Shown here: positions 36,846 to 44,328 of the stretch, one piece after another
Numbering within the stretch: the first letter of the stretch is position 1
Layout: every line of letters starts with the position of its first letter
Virus genome (UHGV): UHGV-0174779
Length of the DNA: 64,000 nt
Strand: one strand, 5' to 3'
Origin: a virus
The notes under the pieces: model-generated
Database searches by the model: none
Told to the model about the DNA's origin: nothing
The model's input: the letters and a program-made list of their open reading frames with translations, nothing else
Program-made: the position numbers and the translations under genes

Positions 36846-38132
36846 ATGATTGTTATCCCGATTAACCGAATTGCAGATAAGGTTGCTCAACAACCTGATA
36901 TCACTGTTGGTCGTCACTTCATTGAACAGTTGATTAACAACAACTTGATTCCAGACTGTATTTGTCCCATCATCACTGGTGGGGCTGTTCGTGATGCTGT
37001 TCTTAATAACAGAGCACCTCATGACATTGATATCTTTATTGTCAGAGGACAGGCCCCAAGAACTCGAAATACCTTTATCCACCATGACCAGTGGCAAGAT
37101 CTCGGACGAGAGGTTGAAAGTAATGTGAAGGAATGGCTAGAATCACAAGATATTGAATATGCATCCCTTCTTGCTGAATCTACAGATGAGCCGTATACTG
37201 GGACTTCTCAACTAACATTCACTGATATTATTGAGTTTCAGTGGAATGGGGTTCGTATCCAATTCATGTTTAATTATCCTACTTCTATTGAAGAGGTATT
37301 GGATAATTTTCCTATGATGTGCCGTGGTGCGATGACTCTTGACAAGCTGTTCATGACCCCCCAGGGATATTTGGCTATGACCTCTCCTTGTCCAGTGGTT
37401 GTCTCTAGTCGTGAAATCAAGTATGTTCACAAGAAGTGGCCTAATTCACAGGTATTAAGATTCTCCGATCCATCTGTTGCATATCAATATATGGCACAAA
37501 CTCGATACCTTCCTACACCTCAACCAGTTAGTCATCTGGTCAACGAACGAGGTCAGGTTGCTCTTATTGAGGATACAACAAGTGCTCATTATTGTGTTAA
37601 TCGTGACATGAGTCGATTCTTTGGGATCCCTTATGAAGAGATTCAGTTAATGTCAAGCATTCATAGCTCTAGCCAGATTCATGCGTATTGGTCTGAAGGG
37701 TTGACAAATTTAACAACTAACACGGGTGGTGATCTGCTTGGTCGAGAAGAAGACTCTAACCGACACAATGCAATTGAAGGGGTTTTTGTATCCCCTACAA
37801 TGCGTCGAGCACAAGAGTCACGAAGAGTAAGCCCTACTCGTAGAATATCTTTTGAAGATCTTGGTATTACAAGCGATTCTATGGAGCAATGGATGGCTAG
37901 ACCTTCTCGTGGTCGATCAAATGGCTTTACTGTCGGCGCACGTCAGTTCTCTGGTCAGGGTTTTGCTGTTGGTGATATCAACGCACCTGTTAGGGCTGTG
38001 TGGACTGATGAAGATATGGTAGAGAGTCGCGCTGATCAATTTGTTTCAAATAATCCTGAAGTATTAGAACCTCAAACCCGTACAGTTCGGTTTGCCGATG
38101 AATCGGGTCGCGGTTTCTCTTTTGAAATGTGA
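36846..38132 (+). CDS. Nucleotidyltransferase of the CCA-adding / poly(A)-polymerase head type
   Basis: ORF 36789..38132; ATG 36846 directly after the exonuclease gene stop. Motif ITGGAVRDAVLNNRAPHDIDIFIV matches the GGxVRD...DxD signature of class-II tRNA nucleotidyltransferases; C-terminal 300 aa unrecognised. Confidence 0.55.
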   Translation: MIVIPINRIADKVAQQPDITVGRHFIEQLINNNLIPDCICPIITGGAVRDAVLNNRAPHDIDIFIVRGQAPRTRNTFIHHDQWQDLGREVESNVKEWLESQDIEYASLLAESTDEPYTGTSQLTFTDIIEFQWNGVRIQFMFNYPTSIEEVLDNFPMMCRGAMTLDKLFMTPQGYLAMTSPCPVVVSSREIKYVHKKWPNSQVLRFSDPSVAYQYMAQTRYLPTPQPVSHLVNERGQVALIEDTTSAHYCVNRDMSRFFGIPYEEIQLMSSIHSSSQIHAYWSEGLTNLTTNTGGDLLGREEDSNRHNAIEGVFVSPTMRRAQESRRVSPTRRISFEDLGITSDSMEQWMARPSRGRSNGFTVGARQFSGQGFAVGDINAPVRAVWTDEDMVESRADQFVSNNPEVLEPQTRTVRFADESGRGFSFEM

Positions 38133-38153
38133 ACAAATAACTAAGGAATAAGA

Positions 38154-38708
38154 ATGAGTTTACTAGGAAGCCCAGAGTTACATAAATTAATTGACGATGG
38201 TGTTATTGATGCACCACACTCAGCTGTTAATTCCTCCAGCATTGATGTTCGTATTGGAGATCGCGTTCTGATGGAAGGTGCAGCTAATGGGGTTGTTGAT
38301 ATCTCTGCTAAAGAGTCCCCTAACTTCAATGAGGTTATGATTCCAGAGGAGGGGTTGGTGATCAAACCGGGTGAGTGTTTCTTAGCTCATACAGTGGAGA
38401 CATTCAACCTTCCAGACAACATTAGCTGTGACTTCATGCTACGGTCTACTGTCGGTCGTTGCTTCTTAGAGCACATGCACGCTGGTCATGCTGATGGCGG
38501 TTGGCATGGCAGTCAGTTAACTATGGAATTCAAGAATGTCCTACAGCACCACTCTTTGCTAATTAAACCGGGGATGCGTATAGGTCAAATGGAGTTCTTT
38601 AAACATTCCTCCTCGGAAGAGGATAGCTACGCAACGAAAGGTTCCTATAATAATCAACAAGGGCCAACAAAAGCTTTTGGTGGAACAAATCATGCTGATA
38701 TGGTATGA
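38154..38708 (+). CDS. dCTP deaminase / dUTPase-family protein
   Basis: 184 aa; SSIDVRIGDRV, GxxxxGHADGGWHG, LIKPGMRIGQMEF, YNNQQG in Dcd-like order. Confidence 0.65.
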   Translation: MSLLGSPELHKLIDDGVIDAPHSAVNSSSIDVRIGDRVLMEGAANGVVDISAKESPNFNEVMIPEEGLVIKPGECFLAHTVETFNLPDNISCDFMLRSTVGRCFLEHMHAGHADGGWHGSQLTMEFKNVLQHHSLLIKPGMRIGQMEFFKHSSSEEDSYATKGSYNNQQGPTKAFGGTNHADMV

Positions 38709-38750
38709 TGAAGTCTACTTCATCTCTCTTTTAATGTGGATGAAAGATAA

Positions 38751-38945
38751 ATGAAAAAATTCTGGTTAGCAAAGATTAAGTGGGCATCAGGAAGTATGAC
38801 TATGACCGCATTACCTACTCGTCAACAGGCTCGAGATTTTAAAAAGTCTATGTTCCATGGGGACTTAACTAAGAGCGTTAGTATTCATAAGGCCAAGGAG
38901 TACTCCTCTGGTCGTGTTTATATCAGTGGAAAAGTGCACTACTAA
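38751..38945 (+). CDS. Hypothetical protein
   Basis: 64 aa ORF. Confidence 0.4.
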   Translation: MKKFWLAKIKWASGSMTMTALPTRQQARDFKKSMFHGDLTKSVSIHKAKEYSSGRVYISGKVHY

Positions 38946-39017
38946 TTGGTAGTAGATATGATAACTCTCAAATGTATATAGAGTACAATAAGAATTTGTA
39001 TTTTACAGGAGAGAGTT

Positions 39018-39347
39018 ATGTTAGATTTGAGTAAAGTGGCCCCGCCCACTGAAGAGATTACAAAATCCAAGGTGATGCAACAGTTTTATCATCGTGATAT
39101 GCTTGGTCGCTTTATCAAGAATCGTGATGTTGTTGCTTGGTCTATCGGTAATCAGGGATATCTGTTGAAGGTTCTTCAGGTTACAGGTTCAACTGCTAAG
39201 CGAGTTAAGGTGTATGACCCTGAAATGGGGCGTTCTAAGTCAGTAGACCCACAGAACTGCATCGTAATTACCCAGCAGGTAATGGATAATATTGCACGTA
39301 ACGTTGCTAACTCAGTTGAACTTGATGGAGAAAACCCAAATGCATAA
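39018..39347 (+). CDS. Hypothetical protein
   Basis: 109 aa ORF, GAGAG RBS; preceded by an AATGTATATAG element. Confidence 0.45.
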   Translation: MLDLSKVAPPTEEITKSKVMQQFYHRDMLGRFIKNRDVVAWSIGNQGYLLKVLQVTGSTAKRVKVYDPEMGRSKSVDPQNCIVITQQVMDNIARNVANSVELDGENPNA

Positions 39348-39903
39348 GAATGTCTTTGATTTACCTGAGATTGGTCGTGACAGCTATAGTGTGTTAGACC
39401 GGTCTGAGCTTTCAATCTCTCGCCTTGAAACAATGCAGGGTATGATTAGTGGAAACAGCCTAGAACACATCCTGAGCTGCTTACAAGCTAACATGGAACT
39501 CTTGCATATCAAAGCTAAAAACTACCACTGGAACGTCTCTGGTGCAGGATTTCAGGGTGTTCATGGTATGTTTGATGAGCTGGAAGATTACGCACGACAA
39601 GTAGGAGATCGTATTGCTGAACGTATGCGATACCACTGTGTTAAGGTGGATGCTACAGCAGCTAATTATCTTTCTCACGCTTGGTTCTCAGAGGGTAATG
39701 CTGACCTAGATATGGACGGTATGCTCTCTGATATGTGCATGACCTTGATGTGTATTATCGAGAAGATGGATGAGTTTGATGGCGATTTAGCCTCCTATCC
39801 TGTCGACCAGAGTATGCTTCAAGAAATTAATGAAGGTCTTGGCAAGTATTGTTACTTCGTCAAGAGTAACATGTCCCATTCCAGTGGTGATGTGTCTTAC
39901 TAA
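39340..39903 (+). CDS. Dps-like ferritin-fold protein
   Basis: ORF 39292..39903; ATG 39340 overlapping upstream stop; HIKAKNYHWNVSGAGFQGVHGMFDELEDYARQVGDRIAERM matches the Dps signature. Confidence 0.6.
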   Translation: MHKNVFDLPEIGRDSYSVLDRSELSISRLETMQGMISGNSLEHILSCLQANMELLHIKAKNYHWNVSGAGFQGVHGMFDELEDYARQVGDRIAERMRYHCVKVDATAANYLSHAWFSEGNADLDMDGMLSDMCMTLMCIIEKMDEFDGDLASYPVDQSMLQEINEGLGKYCYFVKSNMSHSSGDVSY

Positions 39904-39963
39904 AACTCAAGCCCTGCCTCCTAACCCGAGGTGGGGCGAACTTATTTATAAGGATATAGATAT

Positions 39964-40143
39964 ATGTTATCAGCAATCGTATGGGGTATTTGGGCTATCT
40001 TTATCGGTGGTGGTATTTATTGGGCTTCTGGTAAGCTTATTGAAGAAACTCCTGATAAGAAAGGTGAGATTCAAACAGCATCAACCATCATGGTTATCGT
40101 AGCTGTTGTTATCCCGTTCCTGCTTCACCTCCTGACTGCATAA
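39964..40143 (+). CDS. Small membrane protein (59 aa, two hydrophobic segments)
   Basis: MLSAIVWGIWAIFIGGGIYWASG...MVIVAVVIPFLLHLLTA; not in ORF track because it is under 60 aa. Confidence 0.4.
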   Translation: MLSAIVWGIWAIFIGGGIYWASGKLIEETPDKKGEIQTASTIMVIVAVVIPFLLHLLTA

Positions 40144-40151
40144 GGATTTAC

Positions 40152-40430
40152 ATGTCTAAAGTAATTAAGTTTTATAGTGATCAGTGTGCTCCATGTAAAG
40201 CAATGGCTCCTACCTTTGAGAAGGTTGTTAAGGAGTTTGATGTAGAAGTGGAAGAGATTAACATCCTTGAAGGTGATGGTCGTGAACAAGCTGTTAAGTA
40301 TGGTGTACGAAGTATCCCTGCTTTCGTTGTGCCTGACCGTAACAGTGGTGCACACTACAGCCTCTCTGGTATGCAGACTGAAGCAAACCTGAAAGCATTT
40401 TTGGATACAGCTCTGAATGGTAATCGATGA
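40152..40430 (+). CDS. Thioredoxin-like protein
   Basis: 92 aa; CAPC active-site motif in thioredoxin-fold context (KFYSDQCAPCKAMAP...IPAFVV). Confidence 0.7.
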   Translation: MSKVIKFYSDQCAPCKAMAPTFEKVVKEFDVEVEEINILEGDGREQAVKYGVRSIPAFVVPDRNSGAHYSLSGMQTEANLKAFLDTALNGNR

Positions 40431-40887
40431 TTTAGAGTATATCCCTGAAACTGGAGAGTTCTTTCGAAAAGGTAAGAAATTAGGAGGAACTCGAAGTAAG
40501 TACATAACCCTGCGGTTTAAAGGGAAAGTACACAAAGCTCATAAAGTGGCATGGTTCTTTTACTATGGAGAATGGCCTTCTTCTCAGATAGACCATATCG
40601 ATAGAAATAAGAAGAACAACTCAATACAGAACTTGAGGTTGGTGGACACCTCGACAAACTGCCACAACCAGTTCGGGGCTAGAGTATCAAACAAGGAAAC
40701 AGGGCTTCAAGGTGTTAAGGTTGTCAAATACAGATCAGGCACTATCAGATATAGGGCTGTTATTTGTATTGATAAAGTAGATATACATCTAGGTATGTAT
40801 GGAACTGCCGAAGAAGCTCATCAAGTTTACATGAATCGAAAAAAGGAACTTTTAATTGAACGAACAACTACAAGCAACACTGATTGA
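40417..40887 (+). CDS. HNH homing endonuclease
   Basis: 156 aa; HKVAWFFYYGEWPSSQIDHIDRNKKNNSIQNLRLVDTSTNCHNQ. Confidence 0.7.
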   Translation: MVIDDLEYIPETGEFFRKGKKLGGTRSKYITLRFKGKVHKAHKVAWFFYYGEWPSSQIDHIDRNKKNNSIQNLRLVDTSTNCHNQFGARVSNKETGLQGVKVVKYRSGTIRYRAVICIDKVDIHLGMYGTAEEAHQVYMNRKKELLIERTTTSNTD

Positions 40888-41512
40888 AGCAATGGGAAGT
40901 GACAAATCTGTAGTCAATGCAGCTAGAGTATCTTTCGGTGTTGTTCGAGAAGGTGACTTAAATGAGAGAGACACAAAACTTATCAACTTCCTTGCACGGG
41001 AAAAACACTGTACTCCATTCCGACACCCGCAAGTCAGTTTCCGATGCAAAGCACCTATCGCAATTGCGAGACAGTTGGGCAAGCATCAGGTTGGATTCTC
41101 GTGGAACGAAATGTCCCGGCGGTATAAAGATGGAGCAGTTGAAGTCTTCATCCCTAAAGAGATTTTTGCGAGACCTTCGGACCTCCATGCAGGTTCAGGG
41201 ATTCAACTCCTCAACGGAGAACGAGCTGAAGCATTAATGCTGATTAACGATGCATATGAAGCTTCTCTAGCAGCATATGACAAGTTGATTGAATTCGTTG
41301 CACCAGAGCAAGCCCGATTTGTTCTTCCTCAGGGGATGATCACTGAGTGGGTGTGGACTGGTTCTTTATATGGCTGGTTTGAGTTGTGTCGTCAGCGACT
41401 CTCCTCTCATGCTCAGTATGAAGTTCGAGTGTTTGCCCAATCTCTAGATGAAGAAATGGCTAAGCTCTACCCAGTCTCATGGGCAGCTTTGAAGAAAACT
41501 TTGGAGAATTAA
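40856..41512 (+). CDS. thyX: Flavin-dependent thymidylate synthase ThyX-like protein
   Basis: VVNAARVSF, LINFLAREKHCTPFRHPQVSF and KHQVGFSWNEMSRRY align with ThyX core motifs, but the RHR signature reads KHQ. Alternative ATG start at 40892. Confidence 0.6.
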   Translation: MNEQLQATLIEAMGSDKSVVNAARVSFGVVREGDLNERDTKLINFLAREKHCTPFRHPQVSFRCKAPIAIARQLGKHQVGFSWNEMSRRYKDGAVEVFIPKEIFARPSDLHAGSGIQLLNGERAEALMLINDAYEASLAAYDKLIEFVAPEQARFVLPQGMITEWVWTGSLYGWFELCRQRLSSHAQYEVRVFAQSLDEEMAKLYPVSWAALKKTLEN

Positions 41513-41513
41513 A

Positions 41514-41756
41514 ATGGTTAGGAAGAATATTTGGATTCTGAGTCGTGTTGAGGATACAGACAGAGGAGAGGATACAGAAATTCTTTGCTCTTTCACTGAC
41601 TATCCTACAAAGCAGCAGCTTGAGGATGTTGGAGTAGAAGAGGATGTTTCTCAATCTCTTTTTGATAAAAGGGTTTCCAACTTAACAGCCAAACCCTTTG
41701 GTTACTCCTACTACATGCTTGACAGTGTGGAATTATTCTCACCCAACAACATTTAA
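41514..41756 (+). CDS. Hypothetical protein
   Basis: 80 aa ORF. Confidence 0.4.
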   Translation: MVRKNIWILSRVEDTDRGEDTEILCSFTDYPTKQQLEDVGVEEDVSQSLFDKRVSNLTAKPFGYSYYMLDSVELFSPNNI

Positions 41757-41771
41757 ATTTAAGGTTGTGAA

Positions 41772-41975
41772 ATGAAAACATTGTGGACTTTTGACTGCCA
41801 AGATGATGATGGAGAACGTTGGACTTGGAAATATTTCCTAGGGAAACCAACACCTGATACTCCTGCTTTGGATTGTGTTTCATACAAAGATGCTAAGAAA
41901 TTAGTAAATGGAGAAAAGGTTTGGTCTCCGGATAATGAAGTTCAGTACTTTTTAACAGAACGGAAATTTTCATAA
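41772..41975 (+). CDS. Hypothetical protein
   Basis: 67 aa ORF. Confidence 0.4.
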   Translation: MKTLWTFDCQDDDGERWTWKYFLGKPTPDTPALDCVSYKDAKKLVNGEKVWSPDNEVQYFLTERKFS

Positions 41976-42304
41976 TGATTGACAGTAATACATTTAAGAC
42001 TTCAAATGGAAGTGAGATAAGTCCCGCTGAAGTAATCAATCGGCACAGAAGGCAATTGATCATCCATTCCTATTTGTATTACTGGTTGGATGACCCTATC
42101 TGGTCTGATGATAAATGGCAACAAGTTGCTAATGATTTGGTTGAGTTGCAAGCTTTGTATCCAGATCCTACCGGAGTCTTTGACAATGAGTTCAGGGATT
42201 GGGATGGTTCTACAGGGATGCACCTCCCACATAATGAGGCTGTTGCTTGTATGGCTACAGCTGTTTACAGGATTCATAAAGATATGAACCATGAAGTGCT
42301 CTAA
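41975..42304 (+). CDS. Hypothetical protein
   Basis: 109 aa ORF. Confidence 0.45.
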   Translation: MIDSNTFKTSNGSEISPAEVINRHRRQLIIHSYLYYWLDDPIWSDDKWQQVANDLVELQALYPDPTGVFDNEFRDWDGSTGMHLPHNEAVACMATAVYRIHKDMNHEVL

Positions 42305-42476
42305 ATGCGAAGGAACAAACCTTCATTTAAGTAACAAGGTTATCAGAGAGCTTGCCAAAGGCTCTCCAACCAAAGGGAAGAACAAACGATTTACTAACGT
42401 CAGGGTTTATACAGCAATCTGTAAAGACTGTTTAACCACTGAGTGTCATTACGAAGAAATTGGAGAGCGTAAATGA
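42291..42476 (+). CDS. Small zinc-ribbon protein
   Basis: 61 aa; CSKCEG...CKDC. Confidence 0.4.
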   Translation: MKCSKCEGTNLHLSNKVIRELAKGSPTKGKNKRFTNVRVYTAICKDCLTTECHYEEIGERK

Positions 42477-43210
42477 GTCGTCGTCAATCACGGAAAGAAT
42501 CACGGAAAGATCTTCGTCGGGAAGCACTTGTTACTCGTAAGGGTAAGCGAGAGTATGAAGAGGTGGTTTTAGCAAAGCCTGTAGTCCCTCAGAACCAGTT
42601 TCAGTCTGAGCTACTCAATGCTATTAAGACTAAACAAGTTGTGTTCACAGACGCTCCTGCGGGCTGTGGTAAGACCTTTGTAATCACTTCCACGGTTATT
42701 GATGCACTGAAGAGTGGTAAGATTCAGAAGATCATCCTAAGTCGACCTTCAGTTGGCATGGGTAACTCTCTTGGGTTACTTCCTGGAGGGATGCGTGAGA
42801 AGTTTGAACCGTACCTGATGCCTATTATTGATGTTATTACTCAGCGATATGGTAAGGGATTCTATGAATGCCAAATCGGAAATGGTAACATTGAATTTGT
42901 ACCTCTGGAATATCTCCGTGGTCGTTCTTTCAATGATGCTATTGTTATCGTAGACGAGTTCCAGAACACAACTAAGGATGAAGCCTTCTCCATCATGACT
43001 CGATTGGGAGAAACCTCTCAACTGTTCTGCATGGGTGATACAAACCAGCATGATATGCGTGGTCGTGAGAGTGGCCTAACTTGGGCTACTAATTTTATTG
43101 ATGAACACGATCTGTATGAGTATGCTGAGATTGTAGATGGTGAATCGGATGACATTGTTCGTTCTGGTTTCTGTAAGGCGATTGTTAAAGCAATGGAAAA
43201 GAAAGCTTAA
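42473..43210 (+). CDS. phoH: PhoH-like ATPase
   Basis: 245 aa; Walker A APAGCGKTF, ILSRPSVGMGNSLGLLPG, Walker B IVIVDEFQN, MGDTNQHD. Confidence 0.8.
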   Translation: MSRRQSRKESRKDLRREALVTRKGKREYEEVVLAKPVVPQNQFQSELLNAIKTKQVVFTDAPAGCGKTFVITSTVIDALKSGKIQKIILSRPSVGMGNSLGLLPGGMREKFEPYLMPIIDVITQRYGKGFYECQIGNGNIEFVPLEYLRGRSFNDAIVIVDEFQNTTKDEAFSIMTRLGETSQLFCMGDTNQHDMRGRESGLTWATNFIDEHDLYEYAEIVDGESDDIVRSGFCKAIVKAMEKKA

Positions 43211-43266
43211 ATAGTAACTTATAATGTATACTCCTTAGTGTACACTGATATATTAAGGAGTTCTAA

Positions 43267-43584
43267 ATGGCAGACCATGTAGGAAAGAGAGATTATGCAC
43301 AAGAAAGACGTACCGCAATTGCCCGTGGTGAAACAGGCGTTGGGAGCAAGAGCGGAGATGCTCAGCGCCACCGTGCACGTCGCATCGTTGAAAAGCGCGA
43401 TGGAAAAGCTGCTGTCAGAGGTAAAGACGTTGGACACAAACGAGCTGTCAAGTCTGGAGGCTCTAATGCGTCAAGCAACTTACGTGTTGAATCAGTCAGC
43501 TCAAACCGTTCAAACGGCGGCAAAAGTGGTGATCGAGCTGGAAAAGCAGCTGGATCTCGCAAAGGAGCTTTAAGCTCATCATAA
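43267..43584 (+). CDS. Hypothetical basic protein
   Basis: 105 aa with AAGGAG RBS 7 nt upstream; a 92-aa ORF in another frame (43295-43573) overlaps it completely. Confidence 0.4.
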   Translation: MADHVGKRDYAQERRTAIARGETGVGSKSGDAQRHRARRIVEKRDGKAAVRGKDVGHKRAVKSGGSNASSNLRVESVSSNRSNGGKSGDRAGKAAGSRKGALSSS

Positions 43585-43587
43585 TAT

Positions 43588-43620
43588 GAGGCTACCCAAT
43601 CGGGTGGCCTTTTCTTTTAT
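43588..43620 (+). terminator. Rho-independent terminator
   Basis: GGCTACCC-aatc-GGGTGGCC followed by TTTTCTTTTAT. Confidence 0.55.
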
Positions 43621-43655
43621 ATAAACTAAAATTAATCTTATTAGGTAAATAAAAT

Positions 43656-43904
43656 ATGTCTATTGTAAAAACTGTAACCATTACTGATAACACTAAATTT
43701 GGCTCCATTACAACTACCTTTTACGCTGCAACCAAATTGACTTCCCAGCAATGTGTATCAGCTATCAAGCAGGTCCCTTCTACAGCTCGTACTAATGTAA
43801 TCCTTCGTGGAGCTGACGGGAAGTTTATCTCTTATAAGAATAAAAAAGTAAACAAAGGAATTCGCGTTGCAGTAGAAAACCTGATCCCATTCCCAAAAGG
43901 TTGA
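43656..43904 (+). CDS. Hypothetical protein
   Basis: 82 aa ORF. Confidence 0.45.
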   Translation: MSIVKTVTITDNTKFGSITTTFYAATKLTSQQCVSAIKQVPSTARTNVILRGADGKFISYKNKKVNKGIRVAVENLIPFPKG

Positions 43905-43907
43905 GTT

Positions 43908-44312
43908 ATGTCATTACCAACTAGACATCAAAACAGATTCTTAGTCCTCAAGTGGGATGATATCGAAATGAATCTCACTGAACATGAACTAGATTTGTTT
44001 CATGAATTATTATCAGAGATTCGCTCTGGTATACCTGAACGTCAGTATGTAGTTATCAGTGATAAGCACCCTCAAGAGTTTGAAGAAGCTTGGGGTATGA
44101 AGCTGGCTTACATCCAAAGAGCTATTCGAGAAAGAGAAGAAGTTGCTAATCAGAGGGTCATGGCCCATCTAGTCAGAGAGCAGCCTCTTGAAGTTAGGTC
44201 TTCACCTACGTCATCTCCGTGGAGAGTTGAAGGTAACATTATCCGAGTATCCCCTAATGACCTAGATGCAATAGCTGACAATCAAGCATTTACAGATTTA
44301 CTTTACCAATAA
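43908..44312 (+). CDS. Hypothetical protein
   Basis: 134 aa ORF. Confidence 0.45.
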   Translation: MSLPTRHQNRFLVLKWDDIEMNLTEHELDLFHELLSEIRSGIPERQYVVISDKHPQEFEEAWGMKLAYIQRAIREREEVANQRVMAHLVREQPLEVRSSPTSSPWRVEGNIIRVSPNDLDAIADNQAFTDLLYQ

Positions 44313-44328
44313 TTTAAAGGAGTATAAA

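Noticed and set aside
39830-40102. 90-aa plus-strand ORF
   Set aside because: Overlaps the end of the Dps-like gene and a better-supported small membrane-protein ORF (39964-40143) in another frame.
43295-43573. 92-aa alternative-frame ORF
   Set aside because: Not listed as a feature because the overlapping 43267-43584 frame has the far better RBS; retained as a finding because it cannot be excluded.
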